Positions 49,667 to 63,212 of a stretch of DNA of 64,000 nucleotides are shown piece after piece. Below the pieces are notes generated by a model, which made no database searches, had not been told where the DNA came from, and saw nothing but the letters and a program-made list of their open reading frames with translations. Every line of letters starts with the position of its first letter. Position 1 is the first letter of the stretch. Source of the DNA: Yuukianura sp. NJ FZ-2021 (lineage: Eukaryota); contig CM102283.1 in assembly GCA_046563655.1 (NCBI GenBank), positions 1,736,001 to 1,800,000 of the forward strand. The letters are read 5' to 3'. Made by a program: the position numbers and the translations under genes.

Positions 49667-51038
49667 AGTACCTTTTAAACGCACTGAATTGACATTAACG
49701 ATAGATTCTAGTCAACGATTGACCTACCTTAATCCCATGCTACGCACCGCCACTTTTCAAAATATTTGAAAGTTTCAAAAAACGTGATTTGACAATCACG
49801 TTCTCATTTTTGTTCCTAGTCAAACTCATTCTGGAACTACCACTCTTCCAACGAATAATACTCGTTGTAATACTTTTCTTCTGTTTAAAAATTCCAAGTC
49901 GTGCTGATTACTCTGTGAAAACACAAGAGATCAATTAAAAGACAGCAAATGTTGAAAAGTTATTCTTAGAACTTAATTGATTACACAAAGGTCAATCAAG
50001 GTCGCCTTTCGTCATTGTCGGCTGCAGCGATTGTTATGAGTTCTGCACATCAGGCAGGAATGATTTCTGAGCCGGATATACCGGAATAACAGAACACATC
50101 TGTGTTACACAGTTGTGAATATGGACTCGTGATTTAGTTAATTTATACAGATTTAATCGACGTTAGCACTTAACTTGGAACTTGACCTTCAATTGACCTT
50201 TACCTTGAAAAAGCAATCATATGTATAACAGGTTACGTCAAGAATTCATTTCCATTTTCATTCATTGAAGTTTGTTCTGCTCAGCTAAGCATGTTCCAAG
50301 TCCAAGTATACTCGCTTCCCATCTGTAGATTTTAGTATGAGAGCCACATTTTAAGTATAACAACAATTACGGACAGCGTTTTTTGATGTTTATAGTTTCA
50401 AAATCAGTTCTTTGATAGGAAATAAAATCGTTTTAAAAGTAGTACGTTAATTTAGTTAAGAAGCTAATGGATTTTCATACTCGTAAGGGCAACATAGCGC
50501 CTCGTTTAGAAAAAAAATCAGCTGTAAATTGGAGGGAAAACCTCATTTAAAATTTTTTTCACTTTTTCATCATCCATCTCTTTCTTTTTCCAATTTTTTC
50601 ACAACGTGTTCTTTCTTTGAATCTCTTATTTAATCCAGACACAATCGGTCGGTGGATCTGTCGTCAAAGTTTGGCTGTGTGCGTGAGATGAGTTTCTGGA
50701 AGGAGAACTGCTGACCTTTGACCTTGGACTCAATTTCGTTATCGTCTTATTAACTTTGTATGAGATGTTCTTTCTGTTCCGTCCTTTTGATTGAGCTCAG
50801 GAAATTCACTGATGGTATTGGAATGTTTTGAGGAAAGATTTATAAAGGTAAACTGAAAAAAAAACTTCATTCTTTATTCATTTCTTCAAGTTTCGTTTAT
50901 GAATTCAAGGTTTTAATAAGTCGTATCAAAAACGAATTAAGGTAAAATCAGATTGTTCTGTTCGATTTTAGTCAGATCCTGTTCCCGTCTCTGAAGGGCC
51001 GTACAACACTACTTGACTCACATCTACCTGCCCCGACT

Positions 51039-53203
51039 ATGAGTGTTGTCACAAAGATGTCTACAGGAGCAGAACCACCGATGTCATCATCTCAGCCCAC
51101 TGGAGGAAATTCTAGTCAGAAGGTTTCGTCATCCTATACTCGTAATCTTCCCAAAGAAGCGATCAACCTCTTCGCATCACTTCGGATGGAACATTTAGTT
51201 GCCGGAGTTTCTGGAGGTGTCGCTTCGACGTTAGTGCTTCATCCGCTGGATTTAATCAAAACACGATTCGCAGTTAGCGATGGTCTCACTTCTCGTCCTC
51301 AGTACAAAGGACTCTTACATGCTTTTACATCAATCTTGAGGGACGAGGGTGTACCGGGGCTTTACAGGTATGAAAGTATCGCAGTATCCTTTAATTAGGA
51401 GACTGTAGTAGGGTCATACTGTATTTTTGAATGTGTCATTTCAAGATTTATTTGGTTTTCAGGGGCGTAACACCAAATGTTTGGGGTGCTGGAGCCGCTT
51501 GGGGTCTCTACTTTTTATTTTATAATTCTCTGAAGACTTGGCTCCAAGGTGGAGACACCAAGACGCATCTAGGAGCTTTAACACATATAACGATTGCCGC
51601 TGAAGCAGGACTTTTGACACTGGCAATGACTAATCCACTCTTCGTAGTCAAAACACGTCTCTGTCTACAATATGGTGCTGCGCCGGTCGCCGTGCCCGTT
51701 TCTACCGTTGTGGGTTAGTTGAACAAAAAAACTTCAGTTTCAATTAGTTCAATATCAATGTTGAGTGGTTGTAAATACTCTAGCCATCTATATTTTCGGT
51801 ATCCCAAAGTATCAGTAGGTTAATGTAACTTTTAATGTTTCCAGGCGGAACCGAAGCTGGACTGGTGCAGTACAATGGAATGACTGATGCTCTCAGGAAA
51901 GTTTGGAAACTTGAAGGATTTCGGGGTCTTTACAGAGGTTTTGTTCCTGGCATGTTCGGTGTATCACACGGTGCTATACAGTTCATGACTTACGAAGAAA
52001 TGAAAACAGTTTATAATCGATACAGACAACTTCCGATTGATGCCAAGTTGGTAAGTTTCTAAAGTTAAGATTCGCGTTCTGCTAAGTTAAGGTTTTGCTT
52101 CTTTCTGAAGAGTTTGTGTTCCTACGACTGTTTTCAATCGTGTTTTTATTTTCCAGACCACTGTTGAATACTTATCGTTTGCCGCCGTTTCGAAACTGAT
52201 TGCTGCTGCCTCGACATATCCTTACCAAGTTCTTAGATTTCGACTCCAGGACCAACATCGTTCTTACAACGGAGTGTGGGACGTCGTCCGCCAAACGTGG
52301 AGGTATGAAGGTGTTGCTGGATTTTACAAAGGGCTGTATCCATACCTCCTCCATGTTACTCCAAATGTGTGTCTAGTTTTTCTCATCTACGAAACGTTTA
52401 CACAAGACAGCTGAATCCTAGTCTGCCAACCTCTGACCTCAATCCTTTAAATTTTCTGTTTCAAAGGCATTTCCCTATGTGAAGTTTCCCGTTTTACTTT
52501 GTATCTAGCCGTATCCATTCCATCCTTCCTCAGGATGTTTTTGATCAAAAACACAACTTTTTTTTAAATCCCTACTCAAAATCTGATTCCGTCTTCCAGT
52601 ACATATGTATACCGTAACTGCCCAATTTTTAGTAAGTAGACCAATAGGATTTAAAACTTCTGTTGTTGTTTCGATAGAAATTTGGATAAACTTGTCTGGT
52701 AGCCCTTCTCTCCTTTTTAGTTCAATTCTACTGTAGTTCCTTCCAATTTTGCTAGACTCATGAATTAATTTAAGAACCGCAGGTTCAATCGCATTGTAAT
52801 TTTTAAAAAGTCGAAATAAATTGTAAACCAAGTACGCAAAATTTAAAAACGAAATCTTTTACTTCGAGTTGGCTATCGGTTGTTCAGAAGAGAAAGACAC
52901 GGACAAGTTTAGCTGAATTTCTGCAGAAATTTTGGTAAACTTTCGAATTTTCGGAGATGACTAGGTTAGGTTATGCTGTTACAGCTTTCGCAAAAGTTTT
53001 GCTTTCGTTTTCGAAGAAAAAGTTGTCGGTTGATAAAAATTTTGATTTTGGTTTCGTTTTGCAGGGGCGAAGGATTCACTGGATTTTACAAAGGAATTGT
53101 TCCTAACTTACTCCGCGTTGTACCAGCTACAGCAATTACGTTTGTGGTTTACGAAGAAACGTCGGCGTATTTGACTTCACTGAGGAAACCAAGCAAGCCT
53201 TAA
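51039..53203 (+). CDS. SLC25A32: Mitochondrial folate/FAD carrier (SLC25 family) with two alternative C-termini
   Basis: Exons 51039-51367, 51463-51713, 51845-52050, 52157-52302, then either read-through to TGA 52414 or splicing to 53065-53203. Motifs [69 protein letters not shown]. Confidence 0.9.
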
Positions 53204-53390
53204 GTACTTCACTGGACGCACGAACTAATTCAGTAGTTAATTAATTGTCAGTGGAAAGCGTTAAATACAGACTTGGCAAATTGAGAATCACAACTAAATC
53301 TTAAATTCTAAGATTCTATTATGAAATGCTGTCCGTTATTGATCACATCCGCAACCATCCACATTAGCAACCAACGCAATTTTTTGTTTG

Positions 53391-53531
53391 TGACGTCACC
53401 AGCTGAAAAAATACCGTAATCGTGATATTTTAACCCGCTGGCATCTATGTAAACAAGATGCGGTTTGCGGGTTTCTATAGGACACCATCATTAATACGCA
53501 GAATTCCGGTATTTTTCAGCGGGTGACGTCA
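53391..53531. repeat. About 140-bp inverted-repeat element bounded by TGACGTCA palindromes
   Basis: tgacgtcaccagctgaaaaaataccg ... cggtatttttcagcgggtgacgtca. Confidence 0.7.
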
Positions 53532-53883
53532 TTTTTTTTTCCACATGGCAACCAAACAAACTTTCTATCCGCACTACCTAGTAGTATTCTATTTACCTTG
53601 GGTCAATACTGGATAATTGGAATTTCAGAAACCAACAGCCAGCCATTGAAATGCGGAGCGCCATTTAAGTAAAATCGGAATCTTTTGTGACCGTTGCCCT
53701 GGTAACGGTTTCCAGCGAAAGTTTGTTAGTTTTCGCGCTTTCGGCTTCCTGCTCGTCAAGCTCGTTTCTGCGACAAAATCGTTCATTTCAAAATTGGAAG
53801 TCGCAGAGGTCACACGCTTTTTTGCTGCTCGTCTCCATTGTCATTCGGATTTCAAAAAAATATTTCCGGTCTTACGGTTGAAG

Positions 53884-55580
53884 ATGGCCGGTGAAGGGCG
53901 ACATCCGCGACTGGGCTACAACTTGTACTCCTTCTCCACTGCCTTCTCTCGGAACGACGCCAGTCGCAATGTCATGAGCTGGACACCACTTCGTCCAGGC
54001 ACCGTTCAATCCCCGGACACTCAGAGTTCGTCACCCAACACACTTTTTGGCGGGGGAGAAAATGAAACGGTACGGCCAAGCACCGCACGCAGCTTCCATG
54101 ATCATTTCACGACTCCGGCGACTCTGCAAGCACATCATCGTGGCCTGGGCGATAGACAGAGTACCATGAAAAGTCCAATGAGTCCGCTGGACAACACTTA
54201 TCCCCCTGTCGGACGATACTTGATGTCATCTTCTCCTGGGCCACTGGGGTCGTCAGTTCGGAACAAGTTTGAGCCGCGATTCCGCGTCATGCGCGCGTGT
54301 TGCCAAATTGAGCCGATTCCGATCAACATTTTCTGCTGGGGGTTGGACGGTATTGCGAAGCTGAACGAAGGAGTCTTTGGGGAAGTCTATGTTGGACAGT
54401 TCAATCACAGTCCAGTCGAGAGCGTTTACAAAGTGGTGCCAATTGAGGGGTCAATCACGGTCAACGGCGAAGTGCAAAAACGATTTGACCAAATTGAGAC
54501 GGAACTTCGCGTGTCCCAGCGTCTCAACAGTCTCAAGGAGGGCGGGCAAAACAAATGTGATGGATTCTGTCAGCTGTTTCGTGCTCGCGTTCTTTCTGGC
54601 GCTTACCCTGAAGTGCTTGTCCGAGCTTGGAAGAAGTGGCATCGTCAACATCGTATGGCTAACTAAAAGTTAAACTTATGTTAAACTTCCTTCAAGTTAA
54701 CTTACTAAGTTAATTGAATAATTAACTCCTAACTTTTGTATTTTTTGTCCAGAATCGGAGAACGACGTGCCGAACTTCGGAGAAAATCAGCTGTATGTTG
54801 TTTTTGAGTACGAACACTGCGGAACTGACATGGAGAGTTTCTGTTTCCGGAATGCCGAACAAGCATACATGACTTTACTGCAGGTATCGTTTTTCACAAA
54901 AAAACGTTTTCAAATTGTTGTTTTTCGTAACTAATTTGAATTTTTGAAACAAGGTGGCCTTCTCACTCGCCGTTGCAGAAGCGGAAGTGGACTTTGAACA
55001 CCGTGACTTACACTGGGGAAATATCCTGGTCAAGCCAACGGACAAGGTCAAGCTGGACTTTCGTCTGGAAGGAGTCAACTACGCCGTTCCTTCTGGAGGA
55101 CTCAAGATGACCATCATTGACTTTACGATGTCACGGTGCAGTGACGAGGACGGCCAACCAGTCTTTGATGATCTCCAGAACGACGAAACGCAGTTTGCCT
55201 ATTCTGGGTCCGAGTACCAGTTTGAGATTTACCGCAAAATGCGAGCCATCAACAAGTAATACTTCCGGCAGCACAAATACAGTATTCCAGCATGGAAACA
55301 TTTTTTTTTCATTTTTTTAAGCAACAACTGGAGTGACTTTCACCCACGGACGAACACTTTCTGGCTCCACTACGTCGCTGACAAGTTGCTCCAAAAGGCC
55401 AGCTACTCCGAGAAAGTGTCTCGACGACACAAAGTCTATCACAAGATGATCAAGGATGTCATGGATCAGATTCAGAACTTTGCCTCCTGCACTGACTATG
55501 TCAAGACGCTCACTCGCTATGTCACCCCCGGACAAACCGTAACCACTTCGGGACACCCACCTTCCGCTCCACGCAACTGA
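53884..55580 (+). CDS. Haspin: Haspin-family Ser/Thr kinase
   Basis: Exons 53884-54652, 54753-54883, 54954-55255, 55322-55580. KLNEGVFGEVY, KVVPIEG, SENDVP, FEHRDLHWGNILV, IIDFTMSR, YQFEIYRKM, FHPRTNTFWLHY. Confidence 0.92.
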
Positions 55581-56277
55581 AAATCTTACCAAACTCAAGC
55601 CAATTTACACAATAACGTTACATACTTCCAGACCAACGGTCGTTCGTGCCTTGAAATCTGCTGCAACATATGACAATTGTACAGATTAACGTTAATGAGT
55701 GATGACAAATTCCGAAGGACTTTTTCCTCACTCATCAGTCATGCATGACAAATTAAAAAAATTAACAAAATCGTCTAATAAGTAGCGAATGTAGTTCGAC
55801 ACTTTATGTTTTTGGCAGTATATGTCTGTCTCTCTACTAAGTTGCAATTGCAATAACTCTATAGAGTTATTGCAGTTATAACTGCTGGACGGATTTTCAA
55901 TCTCTCTTCACGAATTATCTGCAGTTGAAGTTCTTTTCCAGTGTAATCGGGGGTGGGCAACTTCCGGGTCAAAGGTCAAGTTTTGTGTAGCTGACCTTAG
56001 ACCTACTGTTTTGAACGTGTATACGTTACCCTCATAATCCTTGTGTTCATTTCGCTACTTTACATACAGGCTAAGAATCATACGAATTAGCCCCATGTCT
56101 GATTTATTTTGACAGCTATACCAGGCCAGGAGTGTTAGAAACTTCTTAAGCATTCAGCATTCAAGCAAGCAAACTTTGCTTTAGTTCCGGAATCCTCATT
56201 GGATTAGTAGTTTTAGATGTGTGAAGGCTGGAATCGGAAATGATTAGGAGATCCAGAATCAGTTGAACGAAGGTAAG

Positions 56278-57222
56278 CTATTCCTCATCATTTTCTAGAT
56301 TGATGTTGTCTCCAAATTGACTGTAGAGGTCAGTCCTTAGCTCCGCCATTTCTGTCTTGATGACATCAATTTTCGATTTGATGACTTCCACGTCTTTCTT
56401 TGCCTTCTCCACGAGTCCACCGATTACGGTCTACACAAGAAAGTAATTCAAGAAATATCAAGGGACATTCAGACATGGAATGACTATTTATATACTTTAA
56501 ATTGGGATTCACTTACTGTAGCATTGTCTTGGGTGTAATGAACATAACAGTCACCGACAAGAATGGGCACGGGAATAGCATCATCGTCGAACATCAATAT
56601 GTCACCTTCCGCATCCTCCAAGTTCTTGATTTCATTCTAAAAAGAATCGCAAATGCTAGTTCAGTCACCTTACATTTTCCATTACTGCGTAAAACGGTAA
56701 ACCCTTAACTAACGTTACTAACCAATTTTTGTTTCATCTCCAGGGTCAATTCTTCGAGCCAAGCATTCCGAATGGCAAAAGTATTAATTTTCTTCTGATT
56801 CTCTCTGCTAATTTGTACATCTGAATCCTGTTAAACATAACAAATCAGGTTAACCAACGTAACTTTGCTGCTTTAAATTAGTAATTATAATTTGCCCCAA
56901 TCTTTAATGGAACTCCTTTCGGAAACTCGCGAAGCTCATTTAATTGAGATAAAAATCTCAATTAACTCAGTTTTTTACGCTGATTACGAATCTGTAATTA
57001 GTTTTGGCCGCTCATTACCCTAACTTAACCTAACCTAACTTTAACTAAAATGTGCCCCCATGTATGAGATAGGGAGAAGTGAGATGCCCAGAGCTGTTAC
57101 TCTGAGAGAAAGTGAAATTCCCTATCTCTCCCATAGAACCTTCGCGAGTTTGCAGAAGATATACCTCTTTAATTCCTTACGTTTCCAACTGACGTGGACA
57201 GTTTACTCTTTGACCCACTCAT
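56278..57222 (-). CDS. PFDN4: Prefoldin subunit 4 (139 aa); not in the ORF track
   Basis: Exons 57222-57181, 56827-56723, 56636-56517, 56430-56278 total 420 nt: DVQISRENQKKINTFA..IKNLEDAEGDILM..VPILVGDCY..MAELRTDLYSQFGDNINLE. The first exon is the least certain. Confidence 0.85.
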
Positions 57223-57616
57223 TTTCAAGGTTATCCACCAGAAATGTCAACTGAGCGAAGAATCGCAAAACAAGTGATGATTAATAATTGAAACCCAACA
57301 CCCAAACCCAACGATGAACGTGACAAGGATAAAAGAAAAGAAAGAAACAATTCAGAAATGAATTTTGAAAAACCACGTGTGGGGCAACGCGCCTCGCAAA
57401 ATTCCGACTGTCTGACGTTATCTGTGGATTAGTGGGCAGTGCAGGAAATACATATGTAATTGTGTTTTGACAAAAAAAAAAACGAAAAACAGAATAGAAA
57501 AAACAACAACAAAAAAGAGTGCCGGATCGGACACAAACATAAACAATTCAATTGATTGAATTAAACGATAATTTAAGTTACTAAGATCTCCGCTCTCAAT
57601 ACGTTTAGCAAGCATC

Positions 57617-60137
57617 ATGGCTCGTGGTGGAGCTATCGCGAAAAGGGTAAGGTTAATTAATAACATGAACTGCAAAAGATGAATACTATATAAGCAGTAC
57701 ATTTAAATGTACTGCTTATATAAACCGACCACTTTTAAAAACCGACCACTGTGGCATTTGTGTCTTACCTTAACAGGACTTATGCGTATACATGGTGGAG
57801 TCCAGCGACGGAGGAGTCAGTGAGGACGTTATCCAGCTCATCATCAGGTGCCTTCAGGACAAGGTAATTTGAGTCATGAAAAATAAAGTTGTAGAACAAT
57901 ATGTGATTAATGTATTTTTCTACCACTGTAGATGTTTTCCGGCAATATTGACACCGTCTGCGTTGCTAGAGACGATGATCCGGAAGGCTTGGTTTTTGAG
58001 CAACTTGGTTGGAACTTATTGCGCAAGGTCGAGAAGAATTTTAGATCGCCTAGACGTGAAGACACGAAGGCTGACATGAATGCATCCATTTCTGCCATCT
58101 TGGAAGCCGTTTCCATCCAAGCCGAGTATGTGAAACTTGATACTGAGTTGACAAGGTCATGGTTATAACTTTGTTTAAATCTTTTCAGGGAAGATTCGTA
58201 TGATAATCAGAAGATTCTGTACTTCACTAACCTGTTGACGGAGGTGCCCGGAGAAAAACTGAAGTCCTTGGTCACAAAGGTCGGTGCCTCAGAGGCATTC
58301 GTCAGTATTATGTAAGCCGTTGACCACTTGCTTTAATAACAAAAACATAACCAGTGAATTCGCTGGACTTATTAATGTTGGATATTTTTGGTAGCGTTCC
58401 AGACAAAAACACTTTGAACTTTAACCAAATCGAGCAAGTAGAACTGTTCCAGCATGTTTTTCTGCACTTGGTTCGTTAACATAACATCAATCTCTGCATG
58501 GCTTTTATCATTTCTAACTTTTTTTTTGTCTTACTTTGCCCCCAGAAAACTGTCTACATTGCGTCGTTGCCTGAAATCCGAAAGTTGCTAACAAACACTC
58601 TGTCCAAGAAGGCGAAACGTTCTACAGCCTGGAACGTTGATTTGGAAATTGGACCGGATTTGACCATTGGAGTCCAAGCGTACATCAAATGTCGATACAA
58701 CAAAAGTGCTGAACTCAAGAGTGCTTTACGAAAAGACGTATCCAGTTTCCAGAGTTTGTCACAAGGATCACAGAGTGCAGGCAGTGCTGGCAGTGGACAA
58801 CTACTAGTATCGTCAGGTTTGTTTGGAGATGATGACGACGAAACAGCAAATCCGTCCACTTCTACCACTTCAACTGAATTAGTACTGGCTAAGGAAGCTG
58901 TTGAGAAGGAAACAATTTGGACTGAAGAAAACGGAACGATAATTGACAGCACTAATGTCATTCCTGCCTACTACTACGGGGATAGATTAGTTCCTTTCGA
59001 TAGTAAGTGAAACTTTACAAGTTAAGATGTTTGTCATGTTCCTTGCTTAACTTTTTATTCTGATTGTTTTTGTAGATGCTGAACAAGAACACGAGTACAA
59101 ATCTGGTGACAAATGTTTGAAAGTCTTGCTGTTCACTGGAAGAGAAAATATTTGGCCCAGTTTCATGCTCGGAGATGGTTCGGACATTATCGTAGCAAAT
59201 CCAAAGAGCCCGGTAATTTGAATACTGTTAAAAAAATTTTAAAAAACAGCGTGATTAATAGCCGACATGAATTTTCATAAAGCTTGTGTCCGATTTTTTT
59301 TAGGGTGCCGATTTAAAACTGTCTGCTCTCGTCAAGGCTATGCACAATACCAAACGCGTTGCCATCGTTCGCAAAGTGCGGTTGCATAATGCTAAATTGG
59401 CCATCGGTGTTTTGGCCCCTGATATTTCCAAAGGCGTAAGTAACGAGAACTAAACGAACATTTTTTTTTTGGAAAGTTGAAATTTTATGTCTGGAAACAC
59501 TCAATAGCTTTGTTTTGTTCTCAGTGCTTGGTCTATTCTCAACTGTGTTTCGCCGATGACATTTCCATACCCCACTTGGTTCCGTTGATAAAAGAGGAGG
59601 AACCGACTGATTCCGTTGGAGAAGGATTGAGCGAAAAGGAAGCGCTGATGGACGAACTTATTCTGGCTATGTCACTGGAGGATTACAACTTGGAAGCAGG
59701 GCCAGTTGACCCCGGAGTTCAAGCTGCTCGTGACTCAATCACTTGCAAAGCCCTTGGCAAGAAGTTGGATGCCCTCCAGTCCAAAGCCTTGGACAACATT
59801 GATGTTTTCTTCGAAGGAATTGTTTGGCGGGAAGACACAGTCCAGAGAATCGAGAAGGCATTTCCCCTGAAAGAACTGAGGGTCAAGAGCATGGAGAGAC
59901 CCTCAGGAGCTCAGATTTTCCTGAAGAGAGAAGCACTGGAGGCTATCGAACCTGCCGATGGGCACGGGGAGGATAAGAAGATAAAACTGGAAGAAAACAA
60001 AGAAGATGGACCATTACTTGCAATGTCATACGATGATATGGTAAAGACGATGCTGCCAAAAGTTAACTGTTCTTTTGGAAATTGACAACCGATTGATGAT
60101 TGATTTCTCCTTTTTATTTTAGATGGATGACCTCTGA
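57617..60137 (+). CDS. Ku80: Ku80-like DNA end-binding protein (divergent, short C-terminus)
   Basis: Multi-exon. STAWNVDLEIGPDLTIGVQAY, YYYGDRLVPFD, YKSGDKCLKVL, LSALVKAM..VAIVR, GVLAP, CLVYSQLCFADD resemble the Ku80 beta-barrel; ends ..DDM-MDDL*. Confidence 0.8.
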
Positions 60138-60597
60138 GCTCTTCTGATGAATTTTTGGCTTACTGTTCCAGCTTCGTATCGAAATAGCGCCGTCTACGTT
60201 TCTAATCTAATTTTCAATAATCCTAGTTTTTAAATTCGAAAAAGTAATTTTCACACGAAACTCGATTAGTAATGGAAATCTAGAATTCCATGAATCTAAC
60301 GTCAATCGGAAAGTACAATTTAATTTAGTTAAATGATCGTAGTAAAAGTAATAAACTTTTTTTTTCTGCAAAAACTTTTTCGTAATAACGGAGTTTAAAA
60401 TTTTTGAGTGGCGGGTTCCCATTTTTTGACTAAAAAAAGTTTATGAAATCGAATATTTTGTGTTGTGTTAGCTTTTATGCTTTTGGTTTGTGTGATGTGA
60501 AAACAACTGTTCGGTAACGGTATTATCATCGTTTTCTGTTGCTCAAAGAATTCCAAACTAATTCGGTAATTAGACAATTAGAAAATCAAGCGAATAC

Positions 60598-61893
60598 ATG
60601 GATTCAGCATCTGGTGTGCAAAATGGTCCTCAACAGGCAGCCGGAAGTGCTGGTGCCGCTCCACCACATCCGCATCAGCATCAGCATACGAAAATGGACA
60701 TTTCTAATGCCAACAGAGGAATTTGGCTTGTCAAAGTAAGAAACTTTTGATTACTCAGCGGTCATCATCGATTACCTCTTTATCAATCCATATTGATCGA
60801 TGATGTTAGCTGAAGTGTTTAACACTTAACAGGTCAAACAGCATTTCACACTTATAAATGTACTTGTTGTTTCTAAAGGTACCAAAGTATTTATCCACAA
60901 GATGGGAGAAACTTCCTGGAGATGTCGACGCAGCTAAACTTCGAGTAGTGAAGGTATCGATTACTCCAAGATATTAATATCAAGAGCCCCTCTATTACTA
61001 AAAAAGACATTATTAATGAATGACTTTGTGCTTGGTAGATACCCGGAGTAGCCAAACCCAGAGTGACACTGTCTCTTACGGAAGCGACGTTGTGCTTGAA
61101 CGAACCTGGAGAAAAGGACATTCCAAAGGAGCATGAGCTGATTGTCGCTTCAGTGAGCAAACAGGCACTTGGAGTATTTTCAGTTGAAACAGACGAAGTC
61201 ACAGACACTGAAAAAGTACGGATGGAAGGCAAAATTCAACAACGTCTTGAATGTCGTCCTTATGCTGACAAGAGTTACCTCCAACTCAAGGTTGAAGAAA
61301 TGAAGAAAGTGTCACAACCGGTGCGACAAGTTATCCAGTTAGAACGTGCCGTTCAAAACTACAAGCCTATTGCAGACCATAAGCACAATGTAAGACTTTC
61401 TTTCTAAAAAGCTCATTTTAAGTCCTAATTCATGAAGGTTAACTCAATTACTACGATTTGTTATGATGTTAGATCGAGTATGAACAGAAGAAGAAAGCAG
61501 AAGGCAAGAAGTCGAGAGACGATCGGGACAAGGTTATGGAGATGCTGTTCAATGCTTTTGAAAAGCACCAGTACTACAGTCTAAAGGACCTCATTCGTAT
61601 AACGAATCAACCTGTGGTAAGAATCCATGAATCTTTTCAAGCTTAACAGCTGACTTGTTCCATGGTTAATTGGCTGAAGTTTTATGAGTACTTGACTTAA
61701 ATTGTTGTAGACTTATCTAAAAGATATACTGAAGGACGTTTGCATCTACTGCGTAAAAAATCCTCATCGAAACATGTTTGAACTCAAACCGGAGTATAGA
61801 CATTACAAGAACACTGAACCTGAAGCAGGCGCAGAGGGAAATGATAACGATGAAGAAATGGAAGAAGATGATGATGATAACGACGAAGTTTGA
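60598..61893 (+). CDS. GTF2F2: General transcription factor IIF subunit 2 (RAP30 / TFIIF-beta)
   Basis: GIWLVK-VPKYLS, IPKEH, EGKIQQRLECRP, NYKPIADHKHN-IEYE, LFNAFEKHQYY..KDL..T.QPV-TYLKDILK, ELKPEYRHY. Confidence 0.93.
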
Positions 61894-62165
61894 TTTCTAA
61901 GTTCGCTCCTAATTTCTAATTCATTGGTGGTATTTTTAGAAAACATAAGGTACACAATATTACAAACATTTCGCAATTATTATTAAAAATTACTAACTTT
62001 TTTTTTCGTAACTACTAGCAACATCTGCCTCTGTTTTGTTCAAACTTCATAGTTTTAACAAAACCGAAATTGTAGGTTTCCAAATTTCCATATTTTGGTT
62101 GTCTAAATTTTGATTTAAAACACGAATCTGCATGGGCGTCCATCATTTTTAAAACGCGAGTCCTC

Positions 62166-63212
62166 ATGGGCTGTCTCAAGGCTCTCTTTGGGAAGGTAAA
62201 GAATTTCTCTTACGTACTATTTTTTTTAAATGAAAACAAACTTTAGTAAATTTTGAAATTGTTTTTAGAAAACGTTTTTTTGTTGTAAGAAAACGCAGCA
62301 AAACCCAGCGGCCCGTCCTGGAGCCAACTACTTGTATGCTCTGGACTTTGACCAGACGATTCTCCAAGAAGATTCAGAAGCTGTCATTTCTGCTGCTCTC
62401 GATTCGGAAATCCCGCCAAGCGTCCTTAGTCTCTACGACGGAGACAATTGGGCCGAATTCTGTGGAATTCTAATTGACTATGTTGTGCAAAACGGTGGCT
62501 CACTGGAGAAAATAGAACAATGTATCGGGCAACTAGAGCCACTTTCAGGTAAAACTCAAACAACTCCAAACATTTTATGAAAAAAAAAATTGTTGAAAAG
62601 TTACTTCCGACAACCATGATTTTTAAAATTTTTGTTCCAGGAATGAAAGCGCTGCTGCTCAAAATCAGCGATGCAGTTACTACCAACACTAAATCCAGAT
62701 TCATTGTTGTATCCGGCTCAAATGACTTCTTCATTCGAACGTTTCTGGAAAGTGTCCATCCACCGCTAGCTGCTCAAGTACATATCATCTCCAATCATGC
62801 TGAACCGACTGACACTGAGCCGAGAACACTCAAGTTTACGCCCCACGAACACCAAAGAGAATGTCCACTCTGTCCCAAGTTCCTCTGCAAAGGAACGGCG
62901 CTCGAAGAGTACATTGCTACAAACGGACCGTTTACACAAGTCTACTACGTCGGAGATGGTTGTAACGATGTCGTAAGAAAACTAAACTTTTAGTCTTAAA
63001 AAAAACTTTTTGTAATAACTTTTGAAAAGTTCCATTTTTGGAAGTGTCCCGCCCAGAAGTTGACGAGCGGCGACATTCTGTTTGTTCGTGCCAATTACGA
63101 CTTGGAACGTTGTTTACGATTTGGGTTCTACGCTGGGCGGCCGGTCCATGTCAAGGCTCGTGTAATTTACTTTCGTAATGCCAAACAGATACAAAAATAC
63201 ATGAAATTTTGA
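62166..63212 (+). CDS. HAD-family phosphatase of the PHOSPHO1/PHOSPHO2 type
   Basis: LDFDQTI (DxDxT), GMKALL, VVSGSNDFFI, ISNHA, CPLCPKFLCKG, YVGDGCNDV-CP. Confidence 0.85.

Noticed and set aside
57015-57050. Telomere-like CCTAA repeats (also TTAGG-like at about 11510 and 38720)
   Set aside because: Only 2-3 degenerate units; not an array.
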